Shown here one piece after another: positions 38,791-52,795 of a DNA stretch of 64,000 bases. A program made the translations under genes and the position numbers. The stretch is from Octopus sinensis (Eukaryota): positions 496,001-560,000 of the forward strand of contig NC_043025.1 in assembly GCF_006345805.1 (NCBI RefSeq). Reading direction: 5' to 3'. The first letter of the stretch is position 1; each line of letters opens with the position of its first letter. The notes beneath the pieces were generated by a model. The model searched no databases. It saw nothing but the letters and a program-made list of their open reading frames with translations, and was not told the DNA's origin.

Positions 38791-39552
38791 TCAAAGGGTC
38801 ATGAAAGTAATGTCTCTCTGTGAAATCACTCACCTTGCAACGTTCCCAAAATGACACTGAAAATCAAATGAGTAATGATAGACCAACAGTCGATTATTCT
38901 CAGTCAAATTCAATCCTTTTTGAATCTACTCCAGATTCAATCAATTCTCCTGAACCCATTCAGTTATTCTTATGTCTCAGTGAGAGAGAGAGACCAGCCA
39001 TGGTCTGGCTTCACTTGTGAATATTCATTTTCTGGCAAATTTCCTTAAATTCATTCTCTCTTTTTGGATGTGGGGAATATGATATGATTTGGCTGTGTCA
39101 CCCCTACACTAAGTCTGTTTTTACTGAAGCATTTACAAACATATGTCATGTGGTAAAGTCATTCCAATATGGCAATATAAATTGCAATTATCACATTCAA
39201 ACACAATAACCCAATCCCTAATGGCTTCAAGAAGACCCTAACTCATGGTCTTTTGATGGAGTAAAGACGAACCAAAAACGTTGTCATTAACTCAGCTGTT
39301 TACCCTTAACATATTTTTCTTCTTTCTTCCTATATTAAATGCTACTTGTATTTTCTTGTGTATCCACAATTACCAACCTCAGTGGATACTTTATGAAATA
39401 CCAGTAATATCATTAATAGAATTTATTTTGCAGCTAACCATTCCACTGGAAATTAGGAATGTAACCTGTTCTCTTTCATCCTGACAAATGAAATAGCTCA
39501 GGTGAGTGTAAAATTTATAGAAATCAATTAGGTAGTGTAATTTTATACTCAC

Positions 39553-39624
39553 CGACTTGCCACCAATCTCTTCCTAACCTCTTAGCCACTCTCAGAAGAT
39601 CCTTCTCCTTCAGCTCTGGACTCC
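39553..39624 (-). CDS. Death-domain protein, 72-nt symmetric phase-1 exon (helices 1-2)
   Basis: TATTTATTTCAG|GG...GTCG|GTGAGT. Encodes (G)SPELKEKDLLRVAKRLGRDWWQV(A) and splices in frame to 38045, giving the death-domain motif W..A..LG. Confidence 0.82.
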
Positions 39625-39858
39625 CTGAAATAAATATTTCCAAATTTTATAATTTATACTAAATTTCTTAATCTTTATTCTTGAGCCATGCTTATCATCA
39701 ATGGTTAACTGGTGACCACTATGATTTTGGTCAACCTTTTTAATCTATGTAATAGCTCAATATTTTGGTCCACAACAAAATAGATTAAACTTCTTAAACT
39801 TTGTCTCTCTATCAAGACATCCTACATAATCTAACAATGTTGTATTTATCACATTTAA

Positions 39859-40212
39859 TTAGTTAGTTAGTTAGTTAGTTAGTTAATTTGGTTCAAAAGC
39901 AAATAGCAAGGTCATGTAGGGGGACATGGAGTTAAGTACAGGGTGGTGTTCATGTAAAGAGTTCAGGCCACTTGAGGTCAAGGGAGGCTTTGAACAAAGC
40001 GGTCGTCGGCATCTTCACCATCTCGTCTGGCAGCTTGTTCCACGGATCCGCAACCCGGACGGAGAAAGCTCCTCTCCTTCGATTGAGATGAAATCGTCGC
40101 AGGTAGAGCTTTTCGGAATGACCCCGCAGCCGACACTCTGGAGCAGGAGTGAAGAACAGCTCTTTCGAGAGGTTACACTTTCCGCTTATGATGTTGTGGG
40201 CGAGAATGAGAT
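39859..40212 (-). mobile_element. CR1-group LINE 3' end (different family) with (TAAC)n tail
   Basis: LRGHSEKL...RRGAFSVRVADPWNKLP...FKASLD is the CR1 C-terminal motif. Confidence 0.9.
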
Positions 40213-40214
40213 CA

Positions 40215-43200
40215 TCATTATCAAACTCACTACAAGGATTATTATGTTGCCATCTCTCCCGCTCGTGTGTGCAAATGGTCACCCTGTCGTGGACTTACGA
40301 TCACCCCCACACTGAATGAAGCCTTAGGCCAGTTCCTTACCTCCACCTTGGACAATGAAAAGGTCAGTGCAGCTGTATATTACACATTTAAATACATATA
40401 AACATTGTAAACAACACGGTTTTAGTTTGTTTCCTTATGGTGCGTGGTTTTTGCTGAAATCCGCGAGGCGATCATGTTTAAACCCCGACTTCTACAGTCT
40501 TTGCTGAACCAGTAGATGGATTATGGGTGATCGGAGAGACGTTCCAACCGTGACCGATCGGAAAACTATGTCATCGATGTATATGGCTGTTTCTATACAT
40601 ATATATGACAATTTTTCCAAGGACAATGGTTAAAATTCAAACTTGTTTTATTTTATTTTTTTAAAAATATTTTTTACATGCATACATATATAATACATAT
40701 GTATATTTACACATGCTCATATGTGCATGCATGTACATATTTATACACAAATATACACAACATACGGCACACACACACACACACAGACACGTATACACAC
40801 ATATACATCTACACATACGTACATACGTATCAAACAATGTACGCTCGTACGGTTAGATATAACTGCATATATGTATTTTAGTACCATGCATTTCAACATT
40901 TATGCATGGATTACTACATGTAAATGAGAGAGAGAGAGAGAGGGGTGCTTATAGAATACTTGTTCTAAACGATTATCAAGAACACACACTCACACATGAA
41001 TCATAAACTCCGCAAAAAAAAAAACAGAAGAAAATAAGCTGTAAATGTATCTATTTTACAATTTATGAACCAAGCAAATACGAAACTATGGCGGCTAAAA
41101 ACTGGTGTCTGACTTTTCGCAAAGCATTGTGGGATTGTTGTCGTATGCTTTTCAATGGCGACGGTCTCTGTTTTTTTATCGAATTTTCGTCTTTGAATGT
41201 TTGTCCTGCAGCTAACAATTATGAAAGAAGTAGGTAAGAAATTATTATTATTGTTATTGTTAATATCTAGAAAAAATAAGTGAGAGTAGTTGGTGACGAT
41301 GTAAAGAGAAAAGCTGAAGGAAGTCTGTTGTGACGGAAGGCCGCTCGCTTTTCATTTTATTTAGTGGCAAAATGTATAAAAAGTTTGGAGTTGAGGTTCA
41401 TAATTAAGATGTTGGTTAAAACGAAAGATTATCTTTCGTTTCTAGTAGACCTTTCCGTCAATTTCGTAAAAAACTTTTATTTTTTTTTACATATGGGTTT
41501 GCGGGAACTTTTGAAGTAATGAGAGCGAAAGAGACTAAGAGGAAGCGATTGTATGAGGAGGGAATTTCTTTTTGAAGTTACCGCGAATGGGAAGCTTTGA
41601 TGTACATGTGTGTGTGTGTGTGTGTGTGTTTGATGGGGTGTGGGGCACAGAAAGTATGTTGTGTAAGTGAAGTGCTTCTGTTAGTGTGTGTGAAGAGACA
41701 GAGAGAGATAACTGAAATTTTTTACTCGGTGTATGTGTATATGTATGTGTGTATGTATCTATGTATGTGTGTGTGTGTGTATGTATGCATGTGTGTGTGT
41801 GTATGTATCTATCTATGTGTGTTTGTATGTATGTGTGTGTATGTATGTATGTGTGTGTGTGTGTGTGTATGTATGTATGGCCGATTCAGTGTTTACATTA
41901 TTCCGAAAGATTACCTTTGCCTGTTTATGTAACGGTCTGCTATGTAGAAAATAATGAGGTTGACTCAATGGAATAATGACAGTGATCGAAGATATAGACA
42001 ATTTTTTTATTTATTTAATCGTTATACATGCCTTGTCGACTGCTACTGTCTTAATGTCTCTGTTGATGTGACGATGGTGAAATTGTAAGAAAAAGACGGG
42101 AAAGTTATAAAATGAGGAGGAGATATTCTCATGAGAAAAGAGTTGCATGCAAAGGAAAAAAAAAGTTAACAGTCTATAGATGTGCACAGAAACTGGGTGC
42201 AAGCATGCATATATATGCATGTAACATGAGACATGTAAAAGTTTCCATTTGCCAAATACTTGGCTGCTTGTCACTTCAAATAAAGAGTAGTGAACTGATA
42301 TTAAAGCCAAAATTTTCCTTTCGCTACTATTAGGATGTTTTTCATTTTTACTTTCAGGGTTAAAAAATGAATGATTACACTTATTGGTTTACATGCGAAC
42401 TTTTGTTTATTTTATATCTTTCTATATGTTGGATATGCAAATTTCACGAAGCGGGGATAGACACAACTGTCTTCACACAACCCACTTCAGATTACTCTAC
42501 TAAACACAATACTTCTAATAAATATAAACTCTGAACAATGTCAACAACTTCCATGAACTCCCAATGACTCTCTTTGTCTCAACCAATATGCTAATTTTTT
42601 TATAAGAGTTTTGCTAGTCCATTCTTCCAATCCCATAGGGGTGCCAATGACTCTCACCACAACAGTTTATACATGTAGACTTTTCTTTATACATGTAGAT
42701 TTTACCAAGCAAGAAGCTTCACCTGTATGTAAGTACATATTTTTTTGTTAAATTAAGTTTTCTGTTAGTTAACCATAGCTGTTTGTAAATTGAACAACTG
42801 TTTCTCTGTGTATATTGAACAATTTCCATAAGACATATATGTTTGCAAATTTAAAATATGTTTGTTTCCCAATGCCATGGTTTAGGGTCTAGTTCTACTG
42901 TGTGGCATTTTGGGCAAGAGTCTTCGACTATAGGTAGGGACCAACAAATGCATTTTTAGTGAAAGTGGTTGATGGGAACTATATGAAGCTTATTGCATGT
43001 GTGTGTATACACCATATCAATTATGTGATGCATGTTATAGGTAACTGTTGACAAAAAGTGCAAAATACTCATTGAAAAATCAAAATAATTTAGAGTAATG
43101 TCAAGAAGGGATGTGGAATGGATAGTGAAGGTGTCCCACAGTATTGCAGCCTGGGCCTATGTGTCATCTTGCTACTGCAAGAGAGTACAGACCATTGAAT

Positions 43201-46200
43201 GTTTGTGAAATATTGGCATCTAAGATTATGAACTCTTTGGATTTACTGATTACCTTGATGTCAGTGAGATTGCCATTGTCAAACAAGAGATTTGTTACCT
43301 TAGTAAGTGTCTACCCTCCAACCATGTGTTCCTCTGAAGAGAAAAAAAGGACTAATATTTTATCTTTCATGAAAAAAGCTTCTGTGCAGTATTCTTTCTG
43401 CTTATAAAATCTTCATACTTGGTGATTTCAGAGATAAAAAAAATTGGGATATAATTGGGAAACATGAAGCCAGAAAATGCAATAGTAATGGCTTGTTTAG
43501 TACTGCAAATGTGTTCGATTTTTGCATATACTGGGTAACTGTCAATCTCCTAGTGTGGAGCATGCTGTATTTGAGCACCAAATGTGTGGGTGTATTTATG
43601 TGATCAAGATGAAAGGCAATTAGGTCTCTCATTAATTTCTGTTTGGTGAGTTGGCCCTGAGGAAAAATCTAGGCAACAAATTGAAATTAAGGCATGAATG
43701 CATTAGAGACACTTAGAGGATCTAGATCAAATTAGAGACAGTGAAAACATCACAAAGTTTTTGATGGAAAAAATTGTTTCATGTTGGAATGAGTGAATTT
43801 GAATGAATGTCAATAAAATCTTAGTGTGCATGAAAAGCTTGAGAGAGATTTTTGAAAAGGTCTTAATATTAATGTTTCCATTGTGTTTTGCTTCAAAAAC
43901 TACATAGACATGACAGAATTAAATAGACATCCTTATAATTGTTAAAATTTATTTAAATTATTTATTAATTATTATAATGTGAATATCTAATATTTAGTAG
44001 ACAGGCTCCTTGCATTTTTGAATGCAAGGACCCTAGCAGGCATGCTACTGATCTGATGAATATTCTCTTCATGATTTTCTTGCCAAGTTTCTTGCAGTAA
44101 TATCAAAAGATCTGGCTTTAAGGATGCTTTCTTTTTCTTTTTAGGAAGTATCCCATCCATCATGCCTCAGATGTGTTCAGTAGGGTTCATATCTGGTGAT
44201 TGGCTTAGCTATGGAAGCTTTTTAATGCCATTCTCTTCCAACCAATCCTGGGTCTTTTAGTTGTGCAAGAAAGCCCTATCTTCGATAAATAGTGTTATTT
44301 AATCATTTTACCCCTGGAGGTTATAGGAAGAAGATTTTTCTATAATATGGACACATATTTATCTGAGTTTATGTATCCCTCACACTCCACCATTTCTGAT
44401 TGACTATTGCTCCAAACTGCTCTCCAGACCATCACATGTTCCATTGTTGGCTGCAATATATTCACGTGAAAATATTGGTGACTGATTCTCCAGACCCACA
44501 TTCGACCAGTGTCAGAAAATACAGCAAATTTGGATTCATCAGAGAATTTGACAGTGTCCCAAAGTGCTAGTGACCTCTCTACCATCTCACTTGTCCAATC
44601 TTTTCTCCATTTGATATTGGCTGGTCGAAGCAGTGTCTTCTTTCTTGCTGCTCTGCCATAATAGCCAATTTTGCGGAGATAACTGACAGCTATTCTGGGA
44701 CTGACATCAACTTATTCTGCTATATTGGAGGCCTTGCAATGAGGATTATCTTACACACTTCTCTTAAGAAAGCAAAGTGTTCTGTGAGAGGGCCTTAGTC
44801 TACCTGGGTAAGGTGATATGGACTACTTTCCCATTTAGTGAATTGAAAAATTACTCTATTTACTGTAGAAAGTGGAATCACAATGTTTTCTGTGGTTTTA
44901 GGCTAAGTCAGCCTTGAAATAGGCGCAGCATATGGCCTCTTTGTAAATTGGACATTTTTAAGGCTTCTTTTGTACATGGCATGATTAAACAGTTACATAT
45001 AGAACCTGAAACATATAAATGTCAATTAATAAAAAAAATATAAACCTCTTCAAGTTATAATAACCATAAAACAATGTGTTAATGGGTATCTATTTACTTT
45101 TGTCATGTTTGTGTACAACTGTATCATTTGTTAGAACTGCACTTTGAAAGAAAAAAGAAAACCTTTAGTAGAAAATTATCATTAGCTACGACAATGTTAC
45201 CCAACTATTAAATCTTATATTTTTCAAACTCATGCTAGGATGGAAAAATGAACGTAGATATGAGACTTATTTTTACACATGTATTGATGCATATAAAACA
45301 TGAAATTATGTTGTCTACATACTTAAATACTTGCAATTAATTCATTGTAAGAACATAGAATTTTGACAGGTTTTTCTTGAGTTGTTGCCATCTACAATAA
45401 TCTGATAAGTTTGAGGTTATTGTTGGTTGCATAAGATTGTCATTGAATTTTCTCTCGACAGAAATATCTAATCATTTTATCCATACTAGCATGGGTTGTG
45501 TGTGTCATGTTGATATCTGTTTCAGTTTAATTCCCTCTGCAATAGTTTCTTTTTTTTGTTTTATGCGCAATATGGTACTCTCATAAAATACAGTTGTCTC
45601 TTGCCTTACACAGTATTCTGTTTCTTAGTTCACTTTTGCACAATTTTGCTCATTTTCCTCTATTTGTTTCTTTTTGTTTTTACAAATATAGAAGTAGTAC
45701 TTGCTTCAGTTTCTCATTATATTTTGTTAAATATTTTTGAATTTGAAATATTAAAATTGATTTCACAAGAAATGAAAATTCAATGTATAAAATTAACTTT
45801 AAACTAAATGTTCAGCATCAAATGCAAAAGTTTTACAAAAAGAATTGTCCTCATCATCATCATCATCATTTAATGTCCATTATCTATGCTGGCTTGGGTT
45901 GGACAGTTTCATCAGGGCTGGTAAGCTGAGGGTCTGCAGCAGACTCCAGTCTTGATTTGTCATTGTTTCTATGGCTGGATGTTCTTCTTAACATCAAACA
46001 CTCCATGAGTGTTGTGGGCAGGGGTTGTGAAAAAAATTAATTGATGGGAAATTATTTACAATATATTGTCTTCTAAGGCACAGCATGTCATGAAAGGTGT
46101 CAGTCATTAGTCATTGCCTTTATAAGTTTCAACAGTCAAAGATCATGCATTACCACCTTGTCCAATGCCTTCTTATGTCTACTTCTTCTGCCATGTAGCA

Positions 46201-47170
46201 TAGCTGTCTGCACAGGTATAATCAATCTGCCTTTCACTCTGAAGGAGAGACCCTTAGTTACCAAACAGAGGAAGGAGCTCTCTGAATTTGCTCAGCCTAT
46301 TTTTATTCTTGCAGCCACACTCTTGGTTCATCCACCTCTGCTACTGACTTTGTTACTCAACGATCTCTAATGTACTCCTCTGGCATTTGATGGAGCCCAT
46401 TTTCTGTACACTTTTAGTGTTTACTGTACATGTGCACCTTCCACATACAAAAAATATTTTCCCAGTTTACCTTCCTCTGATATTGCTACACCTATTATGT
46501 GTTATACAGAGTACATCTACCTACCTTCTTTTTGAGGATGGCCATGTACCTGAAGGGCTTTATGATTTATCTGTTTTCCTACTTACTAAGACTTTGTGTT
46601 AGGGTTGGGTAGGTTAATTCTGTGACCTTTCAATTCTAGACCTTGCTTCCGTACGCAAAATTTGTTCTCTTGTTCTGGTATAGATTTAGCTAAAAGAAAA
46701 AGCTCATCAGTAAATAAGTGTGAAAACTCTTTCCTTTCACAAACACTTTATGAACACTGATTGAAGCAATGAAAAAGAAGGTCCTCGGTATACCTGAAAC
46801 GTGAAGGAAAATATTTGGATAATGAAACTAATAATGTATGGCTAATTGAATGTAATGTAATAAATGATAATATATGTATGTTTAGTTCTAATCCCCTATT
46901 CCCTCCGCAAGTCATGTGAGGGAAGCAAAGAAGACTGATAATATGTATTAAATGATTAACGAAAATTTAATAATTAGTGCGAGAGACCCTTAATCAATAT
47001 TGATGGTGTGACGATCAAGGAGCAACGTGTCAGTTGTGCGTCAGGCTTTTAGTCTTTGCGAGTCTGGCAGAGCGACTAACAGGACAATTGCTGGATGGGG
47101 GATAAACTGCATCAGGCAGGGGTCGCTCTTGGAGGGCAGGGGTATGACCATTTGTGGTAAAAGTGGAGTA
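40215..47170 (+). repeat. Segmental duplication, copy 2 (includes the Tc1, RTE fragments, the Gypsy 3' LTR at ~46750-46895 and truncated Gypsy internal sequence)
   Basis: Collinear with 9584-16890. It lacks the SINE at 10021 and ends inside the Gypsy element. Confidence 0.95.
40341..40372 (-). CDS. Candidate 32-nt upstream exon of the death-domain gene
   Basis: GTAATATACAG|CTGC...GGAG|GTAAGG. Reads CTDLFIVQGG in frame with exon 39624. The acceptor is deleted in duplication copy 1. No homology support. Confidence 0.3.
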
Positions 47171-47935
47171 AGTTGGGGAAGTCGCACAGACACAAACAAA
47201 TAAAAATACACAGTCGTTCACACAGACGGTCACAGAAATAACAAGAGTCACACACACATACGCACAAACATTGAAATGAAAATACACACACACACACACA
47301 CGCTATCACACACACGGAAATGAAAACCCAGTTAAACACACACACACGTATACAAGCTCAAGCAATGAACTGGAAGCACTTTCTCATACATGAGCGGGTG
47401 CAAACAGACACAGGAATGAAAGCACACACTCATACTCACACACACATATTGGCTGACCCACACACTCATATAATTTCTTCATAATGTTTCGGTTCTAAGG
47501 TGAACACATTTAAAGCATAAATAGCTACCAGTGTGCGTCTTTGCATGTATGCATGTGCATGAGTGTGGACGTGTCGGTGTTTGTTCTTGTGTGAACACAG
47601 TCCACCCATATCTAAGGTGGTCGCATCGTCTCATGTGACCCAGCCACGAAAGTTTCTTTCCCCCGCGACAGTTCAGGACCCCATTAATGAACTCATTTTG
47701 TATACAACCAATGAGAGCTAACCTTGAACTTGTTGTCAGGTTAACAAACAGGAGTGTCTGAATGGGAAGTAGCTTGCTTACCAACCACACGGTATATATG
47801 TATGTACATACTTATATATATATGTATGTACATGCTTATATATATATGTATGTACATACTTATATATATATGTATATGAATGCATAGATAAACACGTATG
47901 TATAGTTTTAAAAAATACAGATTGTTTGATAAATC

Positions 47936-48190
47936 AACACCATTTCATGAGCAGGCTGTTCCGTTGACCGTATCACCTGGGACCCTCATCGTCGTAACCG
48001 ACGGAGTGCTCCTGCATGGGATGGTGGTGAACCCCGCTGTACTCTTTCACCACAACTTTCTCTCACGCTTTCTTCCTGTTTCTGTTGTACCTGTATTTCA
48101 AAGGGCCGGCCTTGTCACTCTCTGTGTCGTTAAGGGTACACGTTGATCGTATCAGCTGGGACCCTCATCGTCGCAACTGACGGAGTAAGA
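47936..48190 (+). mobile_element. SINE family B, rearranged fragments
   Basis: 3' end, middle and 3' end pieces of the 51222-51606 element. Confidence 0.75.
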
Positions 48191-48329
48191 AGAGAGAGAG
48201 ACTTGCCTGTAAAATAACCCAGTTTTGTAACAGTGCTTGTATATCAGAACATAAATTGTTCTTGTATTACGAACCAGTAAGAAGGAAAAAAGAAAAAAAA
48301 AAGGAGGGGGAAAGAAAAAAAAATTATAT

Positions 48330-48567
48330 TTTTTACTCTCTCTTTTACTCTTTTACTTGTTTCAGTCATTTGAGTGCGGCCATGCTGGTGCACCGCCTTT
48401 AGTCGAGCAACTCGACCCCGGGACTTATTTTTTTGTAAGCCCAGTACTTATTCTATCGGACTCTTTTTGCCGAACCGCTAAATGACGGGGACGTAAACAC
48501 ACCGGCATCGGTTGTCAAGCAATGCTAGGGGGACAAACACAGACACAAAACACACACACACATATAC

Positions 48568-48601
<34 letters not shown>

Positions 48602-48760
48602 CGATGGGCTTCTTTCAGTTTCCGTCTACCAAATCCACTCACAAGGCATTGGTCGGCCCGGGGCTATAGCAGAAGATACATGCCCAAGATGCCACGCAGT
48701 GGGACTGAACCCGGAACCATGTGGCTGGTTAGCAAGCTACTTACCACACAGCCACTCCTG
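48330..48760 (-). mobile_element. SINE family A, full length
   Basis: Complete reverse complement, from TACTCTTTTACTTG to GCCACTCCTGCGC. Confidence 0.92.
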
Positions 48761-48899
48761 CGCTGTGGATGTTTCCGTAGAAGAATGTATGTTTGTGTGT
48801 GTGTGTGTGTGTATACACACACACATATATATATATGTATATGGACACACACACACACGCACATTATATATATATATATATATATATAGATATATGTAT

Positions 48900-49160
48900 G
48901 TATATGTATATGTAGATGTATGTATATATACATATAGATGTATGTTATATATATATATATATATAGATATAGATAGATGTATGTATATATATATATAGAT
49001 AGATGTATGTATATATATATATAGATAGATGTATGTATATATATATATAGATAGATGTATGTATATATATATATATAGATGTATGTATATATGTATAGAT
49101 AGATGTATGTATATATATATATATAGATAGATGTATCTATATATATATAGATAGATGCAT
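48900..49160. repeat. Compound (TA)n-GATAGATGTATG array
   Basis: About eight visible units. Confidence 0.85.
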
Positions 49161-49229
49161 GTATATATTCTTTTACTTTCCTTATGCTTTTTGCACACTA
49201 TTCAATGTCCGTTTTTGTGATCTGTTGAT

Positions 49230-49378
49230 TGTGTTTACGTCCCCGTCACCTAGTGGTTCGGCAAAATAGACCGATAGAATACTGGGCTTACTAAGAATAA
49301 GTCCCGGGGTCGAGTTGCTCGATTAAAAAGGCGGTGCTCCTGCATGGCCGCAGTCAAATGACTGAAACAAGTAAAAGA

Positions 49379-49430
<52 letters not shown>

Positions 49431-50270
49431 CCTTGTGAGTGGATTTCGTAGCGGAAACTGAAAGAAGCCTGCCGTGTATATGTATATATATATTTATATG
49501 TGTGTGTGTGTGTTTGTCCCCCTAGCATCGCTTGACAACAGATGCTGGTGTGTTTACGCACCCGTTACTTAGCCGTTCGGCAAAAGAGACCGATAGAATA
49601 AGTACTGGGCTTACAAAAGAATAAGTCCCGGGGTCGAGTTGCTCGACTAAAGGCAGTGCTCCAGCATGGCCGCAGTCAAATGACTGAAACAAGTAAAAGA
49701 GTATATCTCTCTCTATATAAACGGCAGTTTGTCTGTGCGTGTTTCTGTGTGTCTGTTTTCTCGTACCCTCACCCTGACCACGGCTTTCAACCGATTCTGA
49801 TGAAACTTGACACACACATAGCCCAATGTCATAATTCAAAACTAACGCAGCGAAAATTTTGAAAAGTTCCCCCAGTTCTGAAAAAGATTGATAAATTCGA
49901 CATGGGGTCGACAATCAGAAACATAAACCGCAGATGGTGTAGGGGACGCAACTCGGCCTTTTTAACTATCAAAAAAAATTTACCATCATTTTTTTGCTAT
50001 TTTTTGGCTATAACTCTCTAAAAGTGCTTTATAGTTATTTCCCTTACAAACCCGAGCAACGCCGGGCGATACTGCTAGTATATATATATATATATATATA
50101 TAAAGCCTTGTGAGTGGATTTGGTAGACGGAAACTGAAAGAAGCCTGTCGTTTATAGGTATATATATATTTTTATGTGTGTGTTTGTCCACCTAGCATTG
50201 CTTGACAACAGATGCTGGTGTGTTTACGTACCCGTTACTTAGCGGTTCGGCAAAAGAGACCGATTTCAAT
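49230..50270 (+). mobile_element. Three tandem partial SINE A units interrupted by a Helitron
   Basis: Units at 49427 and 50102 both begin at AAAGCCTTGTGAGTGG directly after (TA)n. Confidence 0.8.
49706..50078 (+). mobile_element. Non-autonomous Helitron (Lep1-like), copy 2
   Basis: A|TCTCTCTCTATATAAACGGCAG...CCCGAGCAACGCCGGGCGATACTGCTAG|T. Confidence 0.88.
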
Positions 50271-50404
50271 TCAGAACGCAAAAAAGCCCAACCGTAAGGA
50301 ATACGGCAAGCCCTTATTCCCATCTTCCACAAGGACTTAATTAGCAATAGAGTAATAGTAGGTCTACCAAGATCCCTCTTTCTATCTGTCTGTCTATCTA
50401 TCTG

Positions 50405-50435
<31 letters not shown>

Positions 50436-50492
50436 GTCCGTGTGACTATATAGTTATGTATATACATGTGTAAATGTATATATGTATGTATG

Positions 50493-50525
<33 letters not shown>

Positions 50526-50555
50526 AGATATATATGTGTATATGTATGTATATAT

Positions 50556-50590
<35 letters not shown>

Positions 50591-50916
50591 GTATATATTT
50601 ATACATATATGTATGTTACACATAAACGTGTATATGTATATATATATTTATATATATATACATACATAATATATAAATAAACTATATATGAATATATGTA
50701 TAAACTATATATGTATATATATATATTATATATATATATATATTATGCATGCATATGTATATATATATATTTACTATATATGTATATTTGTTATATATGT
50801 ATATTATGTATATTATATATATATATATTATGTATATTATGTATATATATATATTATGTATATTATGTATATATATATATTATGTTATATATATATATAT
50901 ATATAATATATATATA

Positions 50917-50963
<47 letters not shown>

Positions 50964-51221
50964 TTTATATATATGTATGCTTGTACATGTGTGTGTGTGT
51001 AAAGTAGGGTCTCCTGTCCAAAATTCGGAATGAAACTATATCAGTGCAAGGAACTTGAAACAGCAGCAGAAGTTTTGCTAGCGCCCGGCAAAAGTTCTCC
51101 GCCTCGACGTATCTATTGTTGCATGTACGTATCCATAGATATATAAATGCGCATTTATGTATGTATGTATGTACGTATATATATATATATATATATATGC
51201 ATATATATATATATATATATA

Positions 51222-51606
51222 TGTGGAGGCGCAATGGCCCAGTGGTTAGGGCAGCGGACTCGCGGTCATAGGATCGCGGTTTCGATTCCCAGACCGGGCG
51301 TTCTGAGTGTTTATTGAGCGAAAACACCTAAAAGCTCCATGAGGCTCCTGCAGGGGATGGTGGTGAACCCTGCTGTACTCTTTCACCACAACTTTCTCTC
51401 ACTCTTTCTTCCTGTTTCTGTTGTACCTGTATTTCAAAGGGCCAGCCTTGTCACTCTCTGTGTCACGCTGAATCTCCCCCGAGGACTACGTTAAGGGTAC
51501 ACGAGTCTGTGGAGTGCCCAGCCACTTGCACGTTAATTTCACGAGCAGGCTGTTCCGTTGATCGGATCAACTGGAACCCTCGTCGTCGTAACCAACGGAG
51601 TGCTTC
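51222..51606 (+). mobile_element. tRNA-derived SINE family B, full length
   Basis: tRNA-like head with A box TGGCCCAGTGG and B box GGTTTCGATTCCC, followed by a ~310-bp unrelated body. Probably one of the known octopus OK/OR SINEs, not assigned. Confidence 0.85.
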
Positions 51607-51616
51607 CATTCCATCC

Positions 51617-51666
<50 letters not shown>

Positions 51667-51818
51667 TGTATATGAAATGTGTGTGTATATACATATATAT
51701 TATGTGTGTGTGTGTATATACATATATATTATGTGTGTATATATGTATATATATTCATATATATATGTATACACATATTTAAGTATATCTGTATAATATC
51801 AGCGTGTATACATACAAG

Positions 51819-51865
<47 letters not shown>

Positions 51866-51872
<7 letters not shown>

Positions 51873-51895
51873 CTAAATATGTGTATAATATCTGC

Positions 51896-51933
<38 letters not shown>

Positions 51934-52041
51934 ACATCTAAATATGTGTATAATATCTGCTATATATATATATATACACGTCTAAATATGTGTATAATAT
52001 CTGCTATATATATATATACACATCTAAATATGAGTATAATA

Positions 52042-52050
<9 letters not shown>
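51866..52050. repeat. Compound minisatellite: ~28-bp core separated by variable (TA)n
   Basis: ACATCTAAATATGTGTATAATATCTGC x4. Confidence 0.85.
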
Positions 52051-52103
<53 letters not shown>

Positions 52104-52132
52104 GTATAAGTATATATATATACTTATAGGAG

Positions 52133-52316
52133 CAGGAGTGGCTGTGTGGTAAGTAGCTTGCTTACCAACCACATGGTTCCGGGTTCAGTCCCACTGCGGG
52201 GTACCTTGGGCAAGTGTCTTCTACTATAGCCTCGGGCTGACAAATGCCTTGTGAGTGGATTTGGTAGACGGAAACTGAAGGAAGCCCGTCATATATATGT
52301 ATGTATGTTTGTATAA

Positions 52317-52366
<50 letters not shown>

Positions 52367-52760
52367 TTACAGGCGCAGGAGTGGCTGTGTGATAAGTAGC
52401 TTGCTTACCAACCAAATGGTTCCGGGTTCAGTCCCACTGTGTGGCAACGTGGGCAAGTGTCTTCTACTATAGCACCGGGCCAACCATTTCCTTGTGAGTG
52501 GATTTGGTAGATGGAAACTGAAAGAAGCCCGTCGTATATATGTATATATATATATATATATGTGTTTGTGTTTGTCCCCTAGCATTGCTTGACAACCGAT
52601 GCTGGTGTGTTTCTGTCCCCGACAATTAGCGGTTCGGCAAAAAAGACCGATAGAATAAGTACTAGGCTTACAATGAATAAGTCCCGGGGTTGAGTTGCTC
52701 GATTAAAGGCGGTGCTCCAGCATGGCCGCAGTCAAATGACTGAAACAAGTAAAAGAGTAT
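52133..52760 (+). mobile_element. SINE family A: 5' half (52133-52290) plus full copy (52371-52760)
   Basis: Both heads start GG(A/C)GCAGGAGTGGCTGTGTG. Confidence 0.9.
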
Positions 52761-52764
52761 ATAT

Positions 52765-52795
<31 letters not shown>

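Noticed and set aside
38820-39020. Plus-strand S/P/D-rich ORF and a minus-strand GTGAGT donor at 38833
   Set aside because: No recognisable homology. The minus-strand phase-1 reading needed to join exon 38045 hits a stop, and there is no convincing acceptor.
40299-40372. 74-nt version of the candidate exon using the GTAAGT donor
   Set aside because: Its open frame ends in phase 0 and cannot join the phase-1 death-domain exon; the compatible frame contains TAA.
50990-51140. Short non-microsatellite island, possibly a transposase fragment
   Set aside because: No motif could be recognised with confidence in any frame.
51225-51300. tRNA gene
   Set aside because: It has A and B boxes but no complete cloverleaf, and continues into a 310-bp body repeated at 47936-48190. 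It is a SINE head.
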